64,000 bases of DNA from Caecitellus pseudoparvulus (Eukaryota > Protista > Bigyra: Bicosoecida). Position 1 is the stretch's first letter. The number at the start of each line of letters is the position of its first letter. The notes below the pieces were generated by a model. The model searched no databases, had not been told where the DNA came from, and was given only the letters and a program-made list of their open reading frames with translations. Shown piece by piece: positions 1-10,713 of this stretch. Where the stretch lies: the NCBI GenBank assembly GCA_965644315.1, contig CBFFRQ010000040.1:1-64000 (forward strand), given 5' to 3'. Position numbers and translations under genes: made by a program.

Positions 1-293
1 CTAACAGCGGGTGGCGGCCCGCCGCAGCTGTCGATGATGGGCAGCGGCTCCTCAGGGGCCAGCGCGCCGTGCTTGGTCAGGTAGCGGTCAGCAGTGGAGT
101 CAGTCTTGATTCTAGAGGACCCGAGCTCCGAAAGGGTTCCGAGAGCCGACCAGTTCGGCCGCCTCGAGCTTGTTTCAGCCCTCGGTGGTGGTTGAGCGCT
201 TGGTGAAAGGGTGGAGGCTGTGGCAGTCGGCAAAGCGGCATCTGTGCCCGCTGCCCTTTGAGATCCAGGGGAGGGAAGGCCAGAAGACGACAT
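1..293 (-). CDS. Partial ORF running off the left edge (MSSSGLPSPGSQRAAG...DRYLTKHGALAPEEPLPIIDSCGG...), unknown product
   Basis: ATG at 293 on the minus strand with no stop before position 1 (translated by hand). S/P/A-rich N-terminus, no recognisable domain. Confidence 0.4.
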   Translation of the reverse strand, partial: MSSSGLPSPGSQRAAGTDAALPTATASTLSPSAQPPPRAETSSRRPNWSALGTLSELGSSRIKTDSTADRYLTKHGALAPEEPLPIIDSCGGPPPAV

Positions 294-959
294 TGTTAGC
301 TCGTGTGGGGGCTTGCTCGTTCGTTTCTTGCCGCTCCGAGTGTACTTCGCTGGCCAGGCGGAAAAAGGGCGGCGAGGGGGGGATGGTGTGCGCACAAGCC
401 GAGCAGAATACGAAAGGCTCGCTGCCGGATGAAATGCGCGGACCTTGAAGCGAATGCACTGCTAGATGTTCCAAGTTACATAACCTAGGAATTTGTTGAG
501 CAATGTTTTCATCCTGTGGTCTTATGGCCCAAGTGTGGGAACGGGAAAGGTGAGCCGGTGGTGCAGGAAAATGGTTCTGGAGTGAGGCAACGAACTTCGA
601 AGCTTGAAGATGAATGTTTCACGGGGCGTATGTGAGCAGTGAAGAGATCGTAGGAGTTTCCCTCATTGGTACCACGCCCATGTCCAAAGTACCTCGTGTC
701 CCCTGTGCTGGCTCTGCAACAGCAGCGGCTGCTCCCTCAAGCCTTATCCAGGATTGCCCTCCCATGAAGGGACTCCTCGAAACTGATCATTGGTGTCAAG
801 CTAACACTTTTTGCTGGAGTACCAGGCTCAAGCTGCGCGGGAGCGATGCCTTCCACGCGAGCCTCCACTGCATATGCAAGCAGTGTCCGTGGAGCAAGGA
901 GCAACAGCAGTTGGGGCAATTCGTGCGACCTCTGCCATTCGCAACCCTGCATTGGACCT

Positions 960-1990
960 CATGTGTCGGTGGAGCTGGCGTTCCACGTGCGTGGGGCCTC
1001 CCTGGCTGTGGGCACACAGATGCAGCTCAGATCCACCATCTTGACAGCAAACTCGCTTTCTCCACTAAACAACACATCAGTTGAGACCCTCACCTTTCGC
1101 AAGTCTACAGACCCCGATCTCGTGGCACTGAAGTACTCAGTGCAAGGAGTTGAGGATCCACTTGCTGTGGAGGCTCATGATGTGGTGTCTGCTGTGCTCG
1201 TCCTGGGACACGGTGTGCGCGCAGACCGTGCAGCTGCTTGGCCTGTCGTGGCGGCCCAGTTGTCTCACAATGCTTCTGTGGGGCTTCAGGTCATCCCTGG
1301 CGAGTGGAATAGCTTTGGAACGGCCTTGGCTAACAGCGGCTGCGCAACCAGTGCGGTGACGTCCGCCGCAGCGGCAGAGATTGTGCTCACCACCCCCTGC
1401 TCTGGCAGCGGAGCCTTCGGCTACAACGACGTTTGGAACGTTTCCATGAATGCTAGCATCACCTCTGCTCTCGAGCCACTGTCAGTCATTCAGTTCGGCG
1501 CACAGTGGTCGTGGGCCTCAGGCAATGGCTCGGCAGCAGACTTAGGCAACTACATTTCACAGCTGGTGACGGCAGCTAACGAGACCGCGTACGCCCGCGT
1601 GACTGGGTTGCAGCTGAGCATGCAACAGTCCTCGTCCTCCCTGGCTAGAACACTCGACCCGAATGTCGCGCCCGGCGAGCCTGTGGGAGTGGACTTCATC
1701 GTAGACTCGCCACAATCCTCGTGGACCAGCAACCTCACTATCGAGCTGCCACCTGGGGTTGTCGTCGTGGACTCTTTCATTTCACACATGGAGTCTGCCG
1801 TGAAAGCTTCTAGCAGGGCGCAGAATGGCAGCGCGGGAGTGGTGTCTACATCTTCAGTTGTACGGGACCTCGGCACTGTCACAGTTGATCATGGACAAGC
1901 AGATGCGCCCGAGTCTGCAACCAGGCTCATCACGACTGTCTTGTTCGTCGCAGACCAGGCGACGTACAGCGATGGCGACTCCTTCGCCCG
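960..1990 (+). pseudogene. Fragment of a beta-rich, Ser/Thr-rich extracellular (Ig-like repeat) protein
   Basis: The core of ORF 846..2123 reads as surface-protein sequence with N-x-S/T sites (VAPGEPVGVDFIV...LTIELPPG...RDLGTVTV), but there is no signal peptide and both ORF ends look non-coding. Confidence 0.45.
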
Positions 1991-2268
1991 GCAAGGTGAT
2001 GTCCAGCACAAGTGCTATGTGTGCCAGCTCGAGAGTGAGTGCAGGAGCCGCTCACTCGATAAGATAACAGGCTGGAATGCAAGCAGATCGCACGCATTCA
2101 CGACCGAAGTACATTTCCTCTAAAATGGTTCCTGTGTGCTTGTTTGGCTGTGTTTGTGCTCTCCGCTACTGCTCAAGAGTGATCGATATATGCACCGCAG
2201 GCCCCTGTCCTCTTACTAAGCAATACTGTATATCACATACACCTTTTGAAGCAGGGCTGACATGAAAT

Positions 2269-2341
2269 GGTCGGTTAGCTCAGTCGGTAGAGCGTTCGTC
2301 TAATAAGCGATTGGTCCGGGGATCGAGACCCCGATTGACCA
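2269..2341 (+). tRNA. trnI-AAT: tRNA-Ile (anticodon AAT)
   Basis: Cloverleaf: acceptor GGTCGGT/ATTGACC, D-arm GCTC/GAGC, anticodon loop CT-AAT-AA, T-arm CGGGG/CCCCG. No encoded CCA. Confidence 0.93.
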
Positions 2342-2344
2342 CAC

Positions 2345-2351
2345 TTTTTTT
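2345..2351 (+). terminator. RNA polymerase III oligo-T terminator
   Basis: T7 run 3 nt after the tRNA discriminator base. Confidence 0.8.
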
Positions 2352-2520
2352 GCGCCGAGCGGGGCATGTCAAAGTCAAGTCAGCGAAAGCTACGAAGAGC
2401 GATCTGTATGTGCGGTAGGAATGAATTGATGCAGTTTCTTGCAGCCCATGCGAGAGGTTTGCAAGCCCCTGGCTGTGATCCGCTGCCAGCCTTGCATGCT
2501 GAGGGAAGCTGTGGGAGACT

Positions 2521-5500
2521 CTAGAGTGGCATTGTGGTTTCAACCACCAAGGGGGCCCAAAAAGCCGATTGGGACACACCATCTGGTGTGGAAGGATCTG
2601 TGGCTGGGAGAAACTCAGCTGCACCCTTTATCGTCACGAACTGCATCATCTGCACGGTGCCGTCTGGACGAGCAGCAGCACCCTCTGAGCCTGCCGCAGC
2701 GCCACCGTGCAGCGGCACCGCCACACACTCACCATCTGCCAGCTCAAAGGAGGCCCTCTCTAGTGAGACTCCAACACTGGGCTCTGGAAGCTTTAGATGC
2801 ACGGCCCCGCCTTTGCTCTTGGAAGCTGCTGCATCCTGTAGCTCATGGCAGCGGGTGACGCATCCAAGATGCAGTGTGGCATGCTTGGCTTCAGCACCAC
2901 CTTTGCACTGAACACGCAGGGCTTCTTTCGATGCTTTTGTGCAGGAAGTCGGCGCACTCTCTTCGCCCACGAAAGCAAACAGGGGCGTCGACCAGGCAAA
3001 TGCGGTCACTGAGAAGTCCAGGAAAGTGTCAGGCTGCTGAGGTACAGCAACATGAATGTCTGTCGACACTTGTTGGCATGTGGGGGCTTCAGCGAAGAAA
3101 GTAATTGCAAACTTCTGTGCTGCCCCGGGCTCAAGCATGCCTTGTTCGGGCTGGATCGCGAAGCGCATGCCAGCCCCAAAGCCAGAACGATCCCCCCTAA
3201 CGCGCTGAGAAACCTTGAATGGAACAGAGAAGGCTGATTCGTTCCGCACCTCAGCAAACAACCTGTGTGTGACACCGGTCAAGACGTGGCCAAAGGCGAG
3301 CTGGCCGTCAGATGGGGTCACCGTCAGCTGCGGGCTCAACCCGCGACCTGTCAGGTGAAGTGGGCAGGGGGCACCTCCTGATGCTGCTCTGACGCTCAAA
3401 GACGCCAGGTATGTTCTGTGTGAGGTGGGTGAGAACTCAATGCTCAGAGAGGTGCGCCCCTGAGCTGGCAGGCGAGTTGGGACGGAAACGAGGGAAAAGC
3501 CACCTCCAGATGGAACACCCTCCACAAGCACGTCGATGGGCACATCTGAGTGATTAAGAATATCCACCGTCTTGGCCTTCGAGCTCCCAACAGCCAAGGC
3601 CATGAAGTCCAGCGTGGTTGAGGACAACGAAATGACTTCAGGCAGGAGCGTGCTCGTGACGGACACCGGGATGCAGCCAGTGGAGCCCCACTCTCCATCC
3701 TCGCCGCCTCGACCTTGTACTTCCACAAAGTACTGCACGTGATACACTCCCTGAAACATGGCTGCGCTCGTGGGGTGTGGCGTGCCGGGGATTGCCCCAG
3801 GAGAAAGCAAAGCCCCGCCCGAAAGTGCGGCGGAGTCGGGATGAGCGCTCCGCTCAGTGGAGGTGTCCGCACCAGGCGCCGGTGGGTGCTCCGTGGGGGA
3901 AAACTGCACCCGCAAAGGAAGAGATGCGCCTGGTTCCAGCGCACGACAGGTGTGCGGAGCGACATGCAGGCCAGTCGCTGGTGGCGGCACGAGCACCCTG
4001 AACTGCTGCGGCACGGTGCTGGTGTTTGTGACGTGCAGGGTTGAAGCCGCTTGCTGGCCAAGGCACATGCTTGGGAATGCAATACTGGTCAGGGACAGCC
4101 GCAGGGCTGGCTTGAATGGGGTGCCTGTCACATGCACCGAGTGGGAGTCTCCCATCGTGGACTGGATCGAAAATGAGTGCGCGAGGGGGCGTGGGTCTGC
4201 GGGAGCAAAGACGACAGGCACGTCGCGCTGCTCGCCGGGGAGAAGGACAAGAATTCCATCTGTGCTGCCAAGGCGCATGGACGGGGGCACGTCAGCTGCG
4301 CCAAGTTGCACAGGCAGGGCGCTTGAGTTCGTCAAGGTCAAGTGCCTGGTCACCGCTGCGCCGATAGGCACGGAGCCAAAGTCGAGGCGTCGGGGGCGGC
4401 AGGAAACTGAACCAGTCGTCAGCCGGGCTGTTATTGTCCCAAACACTGGTAGTGCTTGGTCTGGTGCATGCAGAGTGATGGGAAGCTGAACCTGCACCTC
4501 CTGCCCGTTGGCTGAGGAGCGCCCAGTGACGAAGCGTGCGAGGGCGGACGACTCCCAGGCAGCCATGTCTGGCGGGGGCCGGAACACGACTGAGTACTTG
4601 AACGTGTTGTCTTTGGTTGTCGTGCCTTGGACGTACGCCATGCTGGGCTGCAGGGACACAATGTCGCCGTCGAGAAGAGCAGGGGGCACTCGCAGGTTGC
4701 ACTTCAACGCTGACGGGCCCTTGTTCACTGCCACGACCGAGATGCGATACGCCTTCCCAACCGGGCACAGACCAATGGGAATGCTCTCTTGCTCCAGTCG
4801 AAGAGGCTCTGGCGTGATGTTGGCCTTGACGAGCACGCGCAAGGACTGGTTCGCTCCCGGGGCGTCAAAGTGCGCGTCAAGAACAGCTGACACGGGGCCG
4901 ATGCAGGCATCCCGCTCTTGGCGGGACTTCCCTGCTTCCGGGCTCAGGGAGAACTTCACACTAGCTGCAGCATATCCACCTATCGTGCCCGAAGGGTTGA
5001 ACGTGAACGGGCACTCAGCCTCTGCCTGCCCCGGCGGCGTGGGCGGAGGCAGGAGTCGGAAGGGGACGGGAATCGCCCCTGCGTTGCGAAGCGTCAACGA
5101 GGCAGAGCCAGACTCCCCCAGCATGATGTCTCCCAAGTCAACGACTGGCTCGTCAATGTGAGGCAGGGCCTTCTTGCACGTGCAGGTGAGGGGCACGGTC
5201 AGCTTGCCAGTTTGTGCCAGCACCACCAGCTCGGCATGGATGTCTTTGTTCAGTCGGGGAGTGAAGGTGACGGTGACTTTGCATGCGGTGCCTGCTGACA
5301 TGCGCCCGGGGCGAGTGTAGGACACGTCAAAGAAGTCCACAATGTCATCCGGCAGCGACAGCAAGCGGAAGGAATTGAACGAGAGGGACACGTTGGTGAG
5401 GGTCAGCGTGAGGGTGTGCTGGTGCCCAACGTCAAAGTCCTTAAAGTGCAGCGTTGTCGGGCTGGGCATGAAGCCGTCGCCCATGTACTCCTTGCCCATG

Positions 5501-7029
5501 ACCACCTGGCGCTGCGTGAGGGCCTTGCGCTGCCGCTCCTTGGCCTGGCCCATCAAGCGCTCTTCCAGCCGGGACAAGGCGCGGGCCTGCAAAACCCGCC
5601 GCGCATCTTCCGAGGAAAAGGCAGTGCTCGTGAGCACTGCAGCATCGGGGTCGTCTGCTTGTGACCCTGGCTCGGCTGCGTCTGGGTGGGGCAGTTTGGC
5701 GGGCGCACCCCGCGTGTCAGGCTGCACGCCGGCGTGAACGGGCTGTGCTGCGATGCGTGCCAGGACTTCGGGCTGCCGTTCGTGAGCCTTTCCCAAGCCA
5801 AAGGCCGCAGACTTGACGTCCACCACCTGAGAGGGCTCCCACGCTGCGCCCCTGCCGCCGACATCGACGATGTCCACCCCACTGCGTGTGACGCTGGCCA
5901 AGTACGCACTGATGGCATCCGCCTCGTCCCCCGCTTGGACGTTGGCTGCCTGATTCCTGGCGCCGTCCCCGCCCCCCTGAGCCGCCTCCGCACGCCGCCG
6001 TCGACGCAGCTCGTCCTGTGTCACCGCCCCTGCAACTTGCAGTTTGCGGGCAGCCACCTTGTCGGCGTGTTCTGCCTGCTCCTTCCGGAACGCCCGGTCC
6101 ATGCGGGCTTTGCGGAACACGAGGTACGGGTTGTGTCCCTGTGCCGCCAAGGACTCAAAGGCCGCCGCCTCTCGCTCGGCTGCGGCCTGGCGCGCTGCTG
6201 CTGCCTTTGCCGTGTCACCCGCCAACGCCGCATGTGCGGCCTCAGTGGACCGCTTCAACGACAGCACCGCATCCAAACGCCGACTCTGCATCTCCGCCTG
6301 CACTCGATCACTGGCCTCTGCCACCATTGCCGCTGTGGCTTGGAACTGCTGATGCCCTGTGGACGCACGCAGGCTCCCGCGGAGTTTCGCAGCCTCCTCA
6401 AACTTCGCGTCTTGCTCCTCTGCCGCCGCCGCCGTGAGGGCGGCCAGGGCATCGGCCTGGGCGATGGAACTTTGCAGCACTCGCTTGGCAGCGGCGCCCT
6501 CCGCCGCCTGCCGCCGGCGTGTGAGGGTGCGCAGCTCGTCTGCCTGTCGCTGCACTTGCGTCGCGGCGGCGGCAGTGTCATGGGCGCTGCGGTGCACGGA
6601 GGCAGTGAGGCCATCGTGGGCCGCCTCCGCCTGTACCACCGCTGCCTGGGCAGCCTTGACTTCCTGCCTGCTCTGCTGCACCGCCCGCTGGGCAGCCTGG
6701 GCCTTGCCTTGCAGGTGGGCGATTTGGCCCAGTTTCTGCTCCATGAGCATGGAGGAGCCCTGTGAGTGCCGGGCGGGGCGCGGTTGCCAGCGCCAGGGTC
6801 AATGCGTGGAGCAGGGTGGGGTACACACCTTGACGTCTGCGATGGACGCCTGCAGACTGTGCAGCTCCGCCTCGTGCACGGCCAGCCCTCGCTGTGCTTC
6901 AGACAGGGCCGTTTCTGCGGCCTGCTTCTGCTGTGCAGCCTGCTGGCGTGCCCGCACCCGGCCTGCATGGCCTGCAAGCTTGCGCTTGGGCTCCAGCGCC
7001 ATGGGCTCTCGTCGCACGATGCCCGCCAT
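2521..7029 (-). CDS. CFAP74: Cilia- and flagella-associated protein 74 (coiled coil + ASH/Ig-like domains); intron 6760-6828
   Basis: PTTLHFKDFDVG...LTLTNVSLSFNSFRL...DFFDVSYTRPGRMSAGTAC...AQTGKLTVPLTCTCKK is CFAP74-like. A 69-nt GT-AG intron joins exon 7029-6829 in frame to ORF 2521..6750. Confidence 0.88.
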
Positions 7030-7225
7030 GCTTCACAGTGCTGTGCAGGCCCCGCTTGCGGGTCGGGAGGGGCGTGGAGATCGCGTGCGGAAATTGCTTC
7101 CTCGCCAGCGGCGGCTCCTTGGCGTGCCCCTGTGCTCGCCAAATCCACACAACCCCTGATGTTTACACGTTTCCGAAGCTTTTCCAACGTGTTCATTCAG
7201 GGAGGGGGTTTATTTTTGCAGCAGG

Positions 7226-7973
7226 ATGGCATCCAGAGGCGGCTTGCAGGGCTGGCTCAAGGTGCACTTGCCGCTGCCAAGTGCCGCACACGCTGCCAAC
7301 GTGGGGGACGCCGCCGCCCTCGCCGGCATGCGGGCAGAGGGCTGGACCAAGTTCATGTGCTGCATCTCAGGGCGCTCTGGCCTGCGGGCGTGGGCGCCTG
7401 GCCAGAGCGAGCGGGACGAGCCCCTGCTGTGCCTGCCCCCACGCAATTTGGCGGCCGCCTCCGCCACCTGCCCGGAACAAGTGCAGGTCGCGCCAGCGAA
7501 AGTGCCGCGTGTTCTAACTGTGTCTGTGTGCTCAGCTGCGGACACCGGGTCTCTCGTGCTGCAAGCCCCCAACGCCACGGCAGCTGCACACTGGCTGTCA
7601 ACGTTGTCAGGCGCTGTGGGAGCGGGTGGGGGGGGAGGGGGGGTGCACGACACGCCCGCCACCTCCCCCGCCGCTGCCAAGGAGGCAAGGGTGGGGACAC
7701 CGCCCCATGTGGCGGGCGGCGCGCCAGAGGGCGTGCGGCGTGCTGCGGGGGAGCAGGAGGAGGGGGGGGGGGTGCATCCCCGACGGAACCCCCCCCCCCT
7801 CCCCTGCACCAAGCGTGGATCCATCGGACCTCAGGTCAGTACAAGAGTGGGCGAGGGGGGTTGCACCCCGCATCGCAGGGGGGGGTCTGGCGCCGGCCCT
7901 CGTGCGTGCTGTGGCAGATGAGTGGGCGCTGCGGAAATTGAGGCAGCTGCACGCTGCGCAAGACATACATTGA
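7226..7973 (+). CDS. PH-domain protein, frameshifted in homopolymer runs at 7762-7799
   Basis: LQGWLKV...WTKFMCCISG...LVLQAPNATAAAHWLSTL fits a PH fold. The protein-like C-terminus (DLRSVQEWARGV...DEWALRKL) lies in another frame after the G11/C11 runs. Confidence 0.6.
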
Positions 7974-7991
7974 AGCAGGGGTGGCGGCGGC

Positions 7992-10239
7992 TCACGTGGA
8001 TTCCCGCGACCAGCCCCGAGGGGGCGAAGCGGCAGGGGAGGGAGGGGGGTCTGCCTTCTCCTCACCCGCCCCCAACCCCAGCCCAAACCGGTCTGCATCA
8101 CCCCCCCCCCCCAGGTACGCCTGCAAAGCCGCCTCCACCGCTGCCGCATCAGGAGAGGCGGTGTCGGTGCGGGAGGGGGGGGGTGCAGTGCTGGGCAAGG
8201 AGGGGGTGCTGACCCCCCCTGCACCCCCCTCCCTGACGTGGGATGCGGGGGGGGAGGCCGGTGTCTGGCGAGGGGGGTGCGGGCTGGTCAGTTGTGACAG
8301 GCTGGTCTCTGGCTGGGACATGCTGAGCCCAAACGGCCCAGCCATGGCGGAAGGCGAGAGGGGGGGGGCGGTGGCGGCGGTGGGGGGACGCACCCCCCCC
8401 CCCTCGCCTGGCGTCACGGTGCCTGCCTGCAGCATATTCACCTTCGCGAAGAGGAGGCTGAGGACTTTCTCACGGTCCACAGCAGACATGCCGCGCCAAC
8501 CAGCACCCCTGCTGCCGCCAGGGCGCCTGGTTGTCTGGTTGGGCGTGGGTGCGGGTGTGGGTGTACTGCGGGGTGCCACCCCCCGACCTGCGGAGAGGGG
8601 GGTGGGCAGAGTCCCCGCCAGTGCCGCTGAGCCAGCGGAATGCAAAGCGCTGCGCCCCTTCACCGCCCGCTTGGCCTGCCGCCCAGCCACACCGCCTGGC
8701 ACAGTCAGGTTGAAGCTGCCACTGCCCTTGATGTGGCCCGGACCACCCCCCCCCCCCACGGCTCCCGCACCAGCAACCGCCTTGCCACCTGACGCCACGG
8801 CAGAAGCGACACCCCGCACACTGGGCACCAGTGTCCCCGTGCCGCCTGTGCCGTGCGTTGCCGCCGTTGCATGGGCCATTGCGGCGTTTCGAGCGGCGGC
8901 CGCCTCCTCAGCCCGCACCTCGCGCTTCACGTCCGCTAACGCCTCCAGCAGAAACTGCTCCACCTCGCTGCGCTGGGACAGCACCATTTCCGCGAGTTTC
9001 TTGATGGCCCGCAACTCTTTGTTCTTGGATGCCAGCAGTGTTCGCAGAGCGCCCACCTCCGTGACGAGCTCCTCAGTTTCACGAGTCACGCTGCCGGCGA
9101 CGTGCTCCCGGTGCGATTTGAAGTCGCGCGCGAGGCCCCCCAGCGATCCCTCCAGCGCCTTTACCTTGCCTTTCAAGTCCTTGTTCTCGCGGGCTCGCAG
9201 TGCTGCCTTCCGTGCGTACAGCGCCTCGGTGTCTGCGAACAGTGCCACCTCCCGAGCCAGGCTCTTGGCTTGTTCCGCCAAGGCCCGCTTTTCACGCCGG
9301 GCAAGCTCTGCCTGCTCCTTGTGGAAGGTCAGCTCCTCCTCCATGCGTTTGTTGTTCAGCACCATGCGTTTCACGTCTGTGTCCAGCTGGCGCTGCGCCT
9401 CCCCCCGCGCCTGGGCCTGCATAGCCGACAACTCCGCCTGCCGTGACTCGCGCCAGTCAGACTTGAGAGACAGCATGCGCCGCTGCATCTCCGCCGTCTC
9501 CTCCCGGCGCCGCTTGCGCTCCTGCTCCAGCAGCTCCTTCACCGCATCCAGCTCGCTGTTGTACCGTGCGCGGCTGTCGCGGAATTCGCGCACTTCCGCC
9601 AAGGAGGCGGTGAGGGAGGCGATGGTGCCGCGCAGCTCGCTCTCCACCTCGTCGTGCTTGCGCTGCAGGGCCTCGAAGGCGGCCTCGTGCTCCGCCTTCA
9701 GCCGCTTCACCTCCTGCCCCGCCGCAAACTCAATGTCGCGCTTCTCATCCCGCTGCAGTGTGGGGGGCGGGGCGGCGTGGTGCGGCAAGCGACACAGGGC
9801 GTGGCGGGTGGGCCACGCACCAGCTCCCGGATGATACCGTCCTTCCTCTCGATGTCGTCCTGCAGGTACACGACGAAGTCGGCTGTGTGCCGTGCCGTGT
9901 CCACGTTGGCCCGCCGCAGCGCAGCTGTGTCCTTGGCCATGGCGCCCAGCCGTTCCTGCCACGCGCACGAGAGAGAAGCAATGCAAGTTTCGCGTGAAAT
10001 GAAGCGCAGGGGAGCAGAAGCAAGCATGATGCAGCCGCAGGCGGCGCCAGAAGTGACGTGCCAGGAGGTCGGTTTCGAGTCGTCGCACGCGACACAGCGC
10101 CACACACCTTCAGCGCCACCACGTTGCTTTGCAAGGCATGGCGGACATACTGCTCCTGTAAACCCGAGCTTCGACCATCTGGCTGTGGTGTGGACGCCGC
10201 TTTGGAGCTGCCCCCCCGGCCTCCACGCTTCTGAGGCAT
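7992..10239 (-). CDS. BBOF1: Basal body orientation factor 1 (CCDC176)-like coiled-coil protein; two introns near 9755-10107
   Basis: DFVVYLQDDIERKDGIIREL and KNKELRAIKKLAEMVLSQRSEVEQFLLEALADVKREV resemble BBOF1 conserved blocks. Basic N-terminus MPQKRGGRGG. Confidence 0.72.
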
Positions 10240-10713
10240 GCCTGGTTCGCACTGGCTGTCAACCTGCTGCCTGGTACCAAGCGGAGAGCGCACAGGCGAC
10301 CGCGTGGACGTCGCGCAAGAAGCCGAGGCAAGCAGTACGTGATTCTGGTCTGCAATGCGTTGGGGGATTTTGGTGCCGGGAATGTGTACACTTCGCGGAG
10401 TCGCTGGAGGAAGGAGGTGACGCTGCAGCTTGCTCCAAAAACAAAAAGCGCTCCTGCATCTGCCCTGCCCAAATCAACCCCAGCGTCAAAACCCCGGGGC
10501 GGAAGGGGGGTGGCGTGCGCTCTTTCCTGCGTAAATGGTGGTGCTGGGCAGCAGGTTTTCGGCTTCGCCTGGACGCCTGCACTGCAGGCGTATCTGAGGC
10601 AGGCGCCTGGTGCAGTGCACGTCAAAGCGCGACTCTCCGCCACCACGCCTGCACTGCAAACCAGCGCAGGCACCGCGCCTGCCAGTCAATCAATCCACTG
10701 AGGCATTGTAGAT

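Noticed and set aside
7154-7218. U5 snRNA
   Set aside because: The loop lacks the invariant GCCTTTTAC; kept only as an unassigned hairpin.
7981-9834. Long antisense ORFs (also 24455..26776, 34602..36218, 30649..31554, 17381..18229, 40104..41777)
   Set aside because: Shadow or alternate frames of recognisable genes, expected in high-GC DNA with few stop codons.
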